Of a stretch of DNA of 40,906 nucleotides, positions 35,659-40,906 are shown one piece after another. Where the stretch lies: NCBI GenBank assembly GCA_012960805.1, contig DUAO01000010.1:1-40906 (forward strand). Reading direction: 5' to 3'. Every line of letters starts with the position of its first letter. Positions within the stretch are counted from its first letter, which is position 1. A model generated the notes under the pieces. The model was not told the origin of the DNA. It made no database searches and worked only from the letters and a program-made list of their open reading frames with translations. Source of the DNA: Flavobacteriales bacterium. Lineage in GTDB: Bacteria; Bacteroidota; Bacteroidia; Flavobacteriales; BACL11. Both the position numbers and the translations under genes were made by a program.

Positions 35659-37866
35659 ATGAAAAAAGTAGTGCTTATTTTAGGGTTGTTGTTTTTTACT
35701 TTTACTTCATTTAGTCAAGATGTTTTTGATGTTGGAATACGAAATATTGAAATCTTTTTTTCAGAACCAAATTGGGATGATACTCTAGATTTGTATTATG
35801 CCAATGATTTAGGTCAACGATTAATAGCTGACTCTGTTTTAATAGATGGTATAGCCGATCAAGATGTTGGAATAAAATATAAAGGCAATAGTTCATATAA
35901 TATTAATAATGTCAAAAATCCTTTAAATATTAGGTTGAATTATGTTAATAATGGTCAGTCAATTGATGGTTATAATGTGTTAAAATTATCAAATGGATTT
36001 AAGGATCCTACTTTAGTACGAGAAGTGTTGAGTTATGAAATTGCAAGAGAATACATGCCTTCTTCAAAGGCTACTTATGCTAATGTTTATATAAATGGGA
36101 ATTGGAATGGTATATATACTTGTATTCAATCAGTTGATGATGATTTTACAAATGAACATTTTTATGAGCGTAAAGGTCCTTTTTTTAAAGCTGATAATAC
36201 AAATATAATAGTTAGCGGTTGCCCTCCTGGGCCATTAGGAATATTAAGTTATTACACAGATACTAATTGTTACCAAAGAGCATATGAAATTCAATCCACT
36301 AATGATTGGACACAACTAGGTAATTTTCTAGATACATTAAACAATCATTTTACTGAGATTGAAACTGTCATGGATATTGATAGAGCACTTTGGATGATGG
36401 CTTTTGAGAATTTAACAGTATGCTTAGATGGCCCTATAAATGCAATTCCTCATAATTATTATTTATTTAAAGATAATAATGGGAGATTCAGTCCAATCAT
36501 TTGGGATATGAATCAAGCTTTTGGAACATTTACAAATGGGTTGCCAACTCCAGTAACAAATCAAAGCTTGCAGCAATTAGATGCTTTTTATGGAAGTACA
36601 AATAATCAAAATATTTTAACTAGCCAAATCTTTTCATCAGACCAATATAAGAGAATGTATATAGCGCACATGCGGACAATTATTAATGAGTATTTTTCTA
36701 ATAATCAGTATCATACTCGTGCATTACAATTACAACAATTGATTGACGCTTCAGTTGCAGCTGACCCAAATTTATTTTTTCCTTACGCAACTTTTCAAAC
36801 CAATCTCAATTCAACAATAGGTAATAATATTGGTTTAACAGAATTAATGGATGCTAGAGTTGCTTATTTACAAGGGTTAAGTGAATTTACAGCATCACCT
36901 CCATCTATCACAAATTTAAGCTCAAATCCAACAGCTGTTTTACCCCATAGTACTGTGAGTATTACTGCTGCTATTAGTAATACAAATTATGCTTATTTAG
37001 GATATCGATTTAAGTTTTCTGATAAGTTTGAAAAAATAGAAATGTATGATGATGGCTTGAATGGTGATGGTACTGCTGGAGATGGTATTTTTGGTGCAAC
37101 AATAAATATTGATGCTCGTGATGTTCAGTATTACATTTATGCTGAAAATACTAATGCCGGAATTTTCTCTCCTGAAAGAGCTGAAAAAGAATTTCACCAA
37201 TTAGTAGTAGTAAGTGGTTTGGTGATTAATGAAGTTATGGCAGCTAATTTTTCAGCAGTTGCTGATCAAAGTGGGGAGTTTGATGATTGGGTAGAATTGT
37301 ATAATGGTAATAATTTTAGCCTGAATCTTAATGGATATTATTTGTCTGACAGTGAGAATGATTTAACAAAATGGACATTCCCTAATGTTACTATTCCCGC
37401 TAATGACTATCTAATTATTTGGTGTGATACTGCTGGAGGTACTCAATCCGGATTACATACCACTTATCGCCTTTCAGCAGATCAAGAGGAAGTCTATTTA
37501 ACAGCCCCAACAGGAATTGTTATTGATGCCGTACATTATGTAAATATGCCAACTGATATGGGCTATGCTCGTGTGCCGAATGGAACAGGACCTATGCAAT
37601 ATCAAACACAAACTTATGATGATAATAACCAAAATGGAACAGGAATTGCTAATATAAATGTAAGTGGTAAAATGAGAGTATATCCTAATCCTAGTAATAA
37701 CAGAATCTATATATTGGGAGCAACTGAAAGTATAGCTATTTTTAATATGATGGGGCAAAAAGTATATACTGAAAATCAAATAAATTCTGTGGATATTACC
37801 AGTTGGGAAAATGGAATTTACTTTGTAAAATCAGGAAATAGTGTTGTTAAAATTTTAAAACAATAA
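35659..37866 (+). CDS. CotH kinase-fold protein + lamin tail domain + T9SS C-terminal domain (paralog 2)
   Basis: 735 aa with the same architecture as 32118-34382. Shared blocks include KNPLNIRLNY, LKLSNGFKDPTLVREVLSYEIAREYMP, HNYYLFKD...IIWDMNQAFG, LVINEVMAANF...FDDWVELYN and CTD VYPNPSNNRIYI...GIYFVKS. The two paralogs are clearly diverged, judged by eye. Confidence 0.85.
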   Translation: MKKVVLILGLLFFTFTSFSQDVFDVGIRNIEIFFSEPNWDDTLDLYYANDLGQRLIADSVLIDGIADQDVGIKYKGNSSYNINNVKNPLNIRLNYVNNGQSIDGYNVLKLSNGFKDPTLVREVLSYEIAREYMPSSKATYANVYINGNWNGIYTCIQSVDDDFTNEHFYERKGPFFKADNTNIIVSGCPPGPLGILSYYTDTNCYQRAYEIQSTNDWTQLGNFLDTLNNHFTEIETVMDIDRALWMMAFENLTVCLDGPINAIPHNYYLFKDNNGRFSPIIWDMNQAFGTFTNGLPTPVTNQSLQQLDAFYGSTNNQNILTSQIFSSDQYKRMYIAHMRTIINEYFSNNQYHTRALQLQQLIDASVAADPNLFFPYATFQTNLNSTIGNNIGLTELMDARVAYLQGLSEFTASPPSITNLSSNPTAVLPHSTVSITAAISNTNYAYLGYRFKFSDKFEKIEMYDDGLNGDGTAGDGIFGATINIDARDVQYYIYAENTNAGIFSPERAEKEFHQLVVVSGLVINEVMAANFSAVADQSGEFDDWVELYNGNNFSLNLNGYYLSDSENDLTKWTFPNVTIPANDYLIIWCDTAGGTQSGLHTTYRLSADQEEVYLTAPTGIVIDAVHYVNMPTDMGYARVPNGTGPMQYQTQTYDDNNQNGTGIANINVSGKMRVYPNPSNNRIYILGATESIAIFNMMGQKVYTENQINSVDITSWENGIYFVKSGNSVVKILKQ

Positions 37867-37868
37867 TT

Positions 37869-38285
37869 ATGAAAAAAATAGTTCTATTTTTAAGTCTTCT
37901 TATTAGTTTTTCCTCTTGCGAAAAAGAGGCTGGCGAAGGAGGTACTTCAGTAATTGAAGGGCAAGTATATAAAATACATACTTTTCAAAATTTCACAACA
38001 GGAGTATGGGATACTTTGTACTATCAATTGGATGCAGGAAAAGATGTGTACATTATTTATTCTGATAACCAAAGTGATGTATATGATGATAAATTTGAAA
38101 CTGATTATAATGGAATATACCGTTTTGAATATTTAAGAAAAGGAGATTATACTATCTATACTTATGCAGATAGCATTGATATGAATAATGTAAATTATGA
38201 TTATCCAATTTTCAAACACATCAAGATTAACTCAAATAATTCTGATAATAGTGTTGAAGACTTTGTAATTGAGAAAAATCAATAA
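37869..38285 (+). CDS. Small lipoprotein of unknown function (possible CarboxypepD_reg-like beta-sandwich)
   Basis: 138 aa with lipobox SFSSC. The pattern VIEGQVY...TDYNGIYRFEYLRKGDYTIYTY resembles carboxypeptidase-regulatory-like domains. It starts 2 nt after the CotH-2 stop. Confidence 0.55.
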   Translation: MKKIVLFLSLLISFSSCEKEAGEGGTSVIEGQVYKIHTFQNFTTGVWDTLYYQLDAGKDVYIIYSDNQSDVYDDKFETDYNGIYRFEYLRKGDYTIYTYADSIDMNNVNYDYPIFKHIKINSNNSDNSVEDFVIEKNQ

Positions 38286-39035
38286 GTGAATAGTCTACCT
38301 GCAATAATATCTGATTTCACTCCAATATCTTTAGGTGAAATGGATGACGTGAAATTAATGAGCCGTACAGATACTAAATTTGCTTTTCAAACAAATAAAT
38401 TGCCATTTCTTCTCAAAAGATTAATACCTTTTTATCGTGTTTTAGCCATTGATGGAAAGTTAATACATGATTACAAATCACTTTATTATGATACAGAGGA
38501 AAGAAAATTCTATATCGACCATCATAATAGTAGAGTAAACAGAAACAAAATCAGATTCCGAGAATATGTGGGGAGTGGACTGACTTTTTTGGAAATAAAA
38601 CGAAAAAACAACAAAGGGAAAACCATTAAAAAAAGAATGAAAGTAGATGCTATTACTAAAGAACTTTCAGAAAAACATAAAAAATATATTAAAAAAATCA
38701 TTGGAAAAAAGCTAGTAGTAAATGCTAAACAATGGATTAATTTTAGTCGCATTACTTTGGTGCATAAAACTCAGAAAGAGCGATTAACTATTGATATAAA
38801 TCTTACATTTGAAAATGAAAAATTAAGTGGAGAGTTAAAACAAATTATTATAGCTGAGGTTAAGCAAGAAAAAATGAGCAGGTCTTCTGATTTTATGAAA
38901 ATTGCAAAAGAAATGAGTATCTTGCCAATCCGATTAAGCAAGTATTGTATAACAACATTACAGCTTAATCCTGATGTTAAACAAAATAGATTTAAAGAAA
39001 AATTATTATTTATTAATAAATTAAAACAAGCATAA
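38286..39035 (+). CDS. VTC domain (polyphosphate polymerase-like, triphosphate-tunnel fold) protein, GTG start
   Basis: 249 aa with no signal peptide. Blocks FTPISLGEMDDVKLMSRTDTKFAF, YKSLYYDTEERKFY, NKIRFREY, FLEIKRKNNKGKTIKKR and IIAEVKQE match bacterial VTC-domain proteins. The conserved N-terminal block precedes the first ATG, so the GTG at 38286 is the likely start. Confidence 0.8.
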   Translation: MNSLPAIISDFTPISLGEMDDVKLMSRTDTKFAFQTNKLPFLLKRLIPFYRVLAIDGKLIHDYKSLYYDTEERKFYIDHHNSRVNRNKIRFREYVGSGLTFLEIKRKNNKGKTIKKRMKVDAITKELSEKHKKYIKKIIGKKLVVNAKQWINFSRITLVHKTQKERLTIDINLTFENEKLSGELKQIIIAEVKQEKMSRSSDFMKIAKEMSILPIRLSKYCITTLQLNPDVKQNRFKEKLLFINKLKQA

Positions 39036-39676
39036 TGGAATTATTACTTATTCTACTAGATAGCATTGAGTTTTTAGGCACTCCACTTTTTGATTCTGAG
39101 GATTTTTTGAAACTTATTGTTAAGACGGTTTTCAATTTAATAATTATTACTGTAATTATAAGATATATCTATTATCCTGTAACAAAGAACAAGGACTATT
39201 TATTTACTTATTTTCTTATTAGTATGACAGTTTTCTTGCTTTGCGTGCTTTTAGATAGTGTAAAATTACAATTAGGATTTGCACTTGGACTTTTTGCAAT
39301 ATTTGGTATTATTCGTTACCGAACCGATCCCATTGCTATTAAGGAAATGACTTATTTATTTTTAGTGATTGGAATTTCAGTTGTTAATGCACTTTCAAAT
39401 AAAAAGATTAGTTATGCTGAGCTTGTGTTTGCTAATCTTATGATTGTTTTTCTTACCTATGGAATGGAAAAAATATGGTTATTAAGACATCAAAGCAGAA
39501 AAAACATTACATATGAAAAAATTGAATTAATAGTACCAGAAAAGCGAGAAGAATTAATAGCTGATTTAAAAGCAAGAACAGGTATAGATGTTATTCGTGT
39601 TGAAATTAGAAGAATTGACTTTTTAAGAGATACGGCTAACTTGCGAATTTTCTATTATGAGGAAGATTCTGAATAA
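39035..39676 (+). CDS. DUF4956 domain-containing inner-membrane protein
   Basis: 213 aa with about 5 predicted TM helices. The conserved core is LGFALGLFAIFGIIRYRTDPIAIKEMTYLF. The soluble C-terminal tail is about 70 aa. Its ATG overlaps the VTC stop (TAATG). Confidence 0.75.
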   Translation: MELLLILLDSIEFLGTPLFDSEDFLKLIVKTVFNLIIITVIIRYIYYPVTKNKDYLFTYFLISMTVFLLCVLLDSVKLQLGFALGLFAIFGIIRYRTDPIAIKEMTYLFLVIGISVVNALSNKKISYAELVFANLMIVFLTYGMEKIWLLRHQSRKNITYEKIELIVPEKREELIADLKARTGIDVIRVEIRRIDFLRDTANLRIFYYEEDSE

Positions 39677-40301
39677 ATTCATTCTAATTTTCATTTTACC
39701 AATTTCTGTTTTTTCTCAAGAAAATGATTTCCAAACTTGGGCTTCTATTTCGGCAAGTAAAAAGATAATAAAGAAAACAAATCTGACCATAAAACAAGGT
39801 GTTCGCTTTAGAGAAAATTCGTCTCTTTATTCTAAGCTTTTTACAGATTTAAAAATCAAAAGCAAATACAATAAACATTTCAGCTTTGCTATTGGTTATC
39901 GCTTTTCTAATGATTGGAATAAGCAATTGGAGTTAAGCCAAAAAAACAGATTTTATTCTGACATTTACTATAAAGACAAATACAAAAAAAGGTTTTTGTT
40001 TGATGCGCGAGCCAGATTGCAAACACAAGGAAATATAGAAGAGTATGCTGCTACATTTAGGCATAAATCAGCATTGGCTTACAATATTCCAAAAACAAAA
40101 TTGGAGCCATCAGTTGCTTTGGAATATTTCCTGCCTTTTGAAAATATGCTAATAGATAAATTGCGTTATACAATTGGACTTTCTCATCCCATTACAAAAG
40201 ATTTGGATGCTGAAATAGCATATAGAATTCAACAAGAGTTTTATACCAATAATCCGCAAACTCTTTTTATCTTTGAAGGAAAATTAGCTTACGATTTTTA
40301 A
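39657..40301 (+). CDS. DUF2490 domain-containing predicted outer-membrane beta-barrel protein
   Basis: 214 aa. Signal peptide ...PISVFSQ, then ENDFQTW. The sequence shows alternating amphipathic strand patterns and ends in a terminal aromatic residue (LAYDF), as in OMP beta-signals. It overlaps DUF4956 by 20 nt. Confidence 0.65.
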   Translation: MRKILNKFILIFILPISVFSQENDFQTWASISASKKIIKKTNLTIKQGVRFRENSSLYSKLFTDLKIKSKYNKHFSFAIGYRFSNDWNKQLELSQKNRFYSDIYYKDKYKKRFLFDARARLQTQGNIEEYAATFRHKSALAYNIPKTKLEPSVALEYFLPFENMLIDKLRYTIGLSHPITKDLDAEIAYRIQQEFYTNNPQTLFIFEGKLAYDF

Positions 40302-40307
40302 AATATT

Positions 40308-40796
40308 ATGAAAGAAAAGAAAATTGAACTCTCATTTATTTCAGCAGAATTAAGCGAACTCAGTACGCAGGAGAAGCAATTAGTTGCCAATGCAAAATCA
40401 GCAGTTACTACTGCTTATGCTCCATATTCAGGTTTTTTGGTTGGCGCAAGTGTATTACTAGATAATGGAGAAATTATAAATGGATCCAATCAGGAAAATG
40501 TTGCATATCCTTCAGGGCTTTGCGCGGAAAGGGTAGCACTCTTTTATGCTGGAGCACGCTTTCCGGATGCAAAAATAAAAACAATTGCCGTATCAGTTAT
40601 GTCTAAAAACTTTAAGGTAACGGATGTTATTTCTCCTTGTGGTGCATGTAGGCAAGTAATGGCAGAATATGAGGATAAGCAAGAACAAGCAATAAAAGTA
40701 ATTTTACACTCCCCAACGGATCAGGTTCTTATTGCAAATACTGTTGAGTCTTTGCTGCCATTTATGTTTAAAAGCCCTTTACTAAAGCAGCACTAG
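40308..40796 (+). CDS. cdd: Cytidine deaminase
   Basis: 162 aa with zinc-binding/catalytic motifs CAERVAL and SPCGACRQVM. Confidence 0.88.
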   Translation: MKEKKIELSFISAELSELSTQEKQLVANAKSAVTTAYAPYSGFLVGASVLLDNGEIINGSNQENVAYPSGLCAERVALFYAGARFPDAKIKTIAVSVMSKNFKVTDVISPCGACRQVMAEYEDKQEQAIKVILHSPTDQVLIANTVESLLPFMFKSPLLKQH

Positions 40797-40814
40797 TTTC
40801 CTTATATTTACCGC

Positions 40815-40906
40815 ATGGATATTTTAGATACTCCTATTGATTTTTTGAAGGGGGTTGGTCCGGCTAGGGCTGACTTGCTAAAAAAAGAGTTGCGTATTTT
40901 TACCTA
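40815..40906 (+). CDS. recG: ATP-dependent DNA helicase RecG, N-terminal 30 codons (3' end lies outside the window)
   Basis: MDILDTPIDFLKGVGPARADLLKKELRIFT matches the conserved Bacteroidota RecG N-terminus (..L.GVGP.RA.LL.KEL.I.T). Only a short fragment is visible. Confidence 0.55.
   Translation, partial: MDILDTPIDFLKGVGPARADLLKKELRIFT

Noticed and set aside
28330-38752. Short ORFs in the accessory region (28330-28635, 30291-30506, 31262-31474, 32701-32961, 35711-35896, 36997-37200, 37498-37779, 37954-38136, 38522-38752)
   Set aside because: All overlap longer ORFs that have clear domain signatures. AT-rich DNA generates such frames by chance, and I could see no independent support.
40308-40796. 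cdd as a functional member of the CotH/VTC cluster (it starts 6 nt after the DUF2490 gene)
   Set aside because: Cytidine deaminase is a housekeeping salvage enzyme with no evident link to the cluster. Co-transcription is possible, but I treat it as the flanking core gene.
1-40906. Search by eye for CRISPR arrays, IS/transposase genes, rRNA, phage genes, toxin-antitoxin or known defence-system genes
   Set aside because: No non-coding stretch exceeds about 150 nt apart from the 568-nt hpf-tuf spacer that holds the four-tRNA cluster. I saw no regularly spaced repeats and no transposase, nuclease or ATPase defence signatures among the ORFs.

Overview
This is a low-GC chromosome segment with Bacteroidota hallmarks: T9SS C-terminal sorting domains, TTG-N19-TAnnTTTG promoters, and rpsU-xer-hpf-tRNA-tuf synteny. 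The first part (1-16.2 kb) is an ordinary core block. It holds the apt 3' end, an acyl-CoA dehydrogenase, rpsU, a Xer-type recombinase, hpf, tRNA-Thr/Tyr/Gly/Thr, tuf, tRNA-Trp, secE, nusG, rplKAJL, rpoB, rpoC and a DUF3467 gene. The middle part (16.3-27.3 kb) carries pruA, a DUF5103 protein (T9SS plug-like), and the complete Na+-NQR operon nqrABCDEF with its maturation genes apbE and nqrM. A DUF1801 / Cys-rich GDCCVxC gene pair sits between nqrF and apbE. The last part (27.3-40.3 kb) is accessory-looking. It begins with a minus-strand T9SS cargo protein carrying a WCGWCP motif, then mazG. After that comes a tightly packed plus-strand string of nine genes. Four have a signal peptide and a T9SS C-terminal domain: an arylsulfotransferase-like propeller, two CotH kinase-fold + lamin-tail-domain proteins, and a 7-blade Reg_prop propeller. 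These are followed by a small lipoprotein, a cytoplasmic VTC (polyphosphate-polymerase tunnel) domain protein, a 5-TM DUF4956 protein and a DUF2490 outer-membrane barrel. cdd and the start of recG close the window. The best candidate for an undescribed system is this CotH / VTC-DUF4956-DUF2490 cluster. I propose it is an envelope-spanning polyphosphate or phosphoryl-transfer system serving T9SS-exported kinases. That function is inference only. I saw no CRISPR array, IS element, rRNA or prophage signature.
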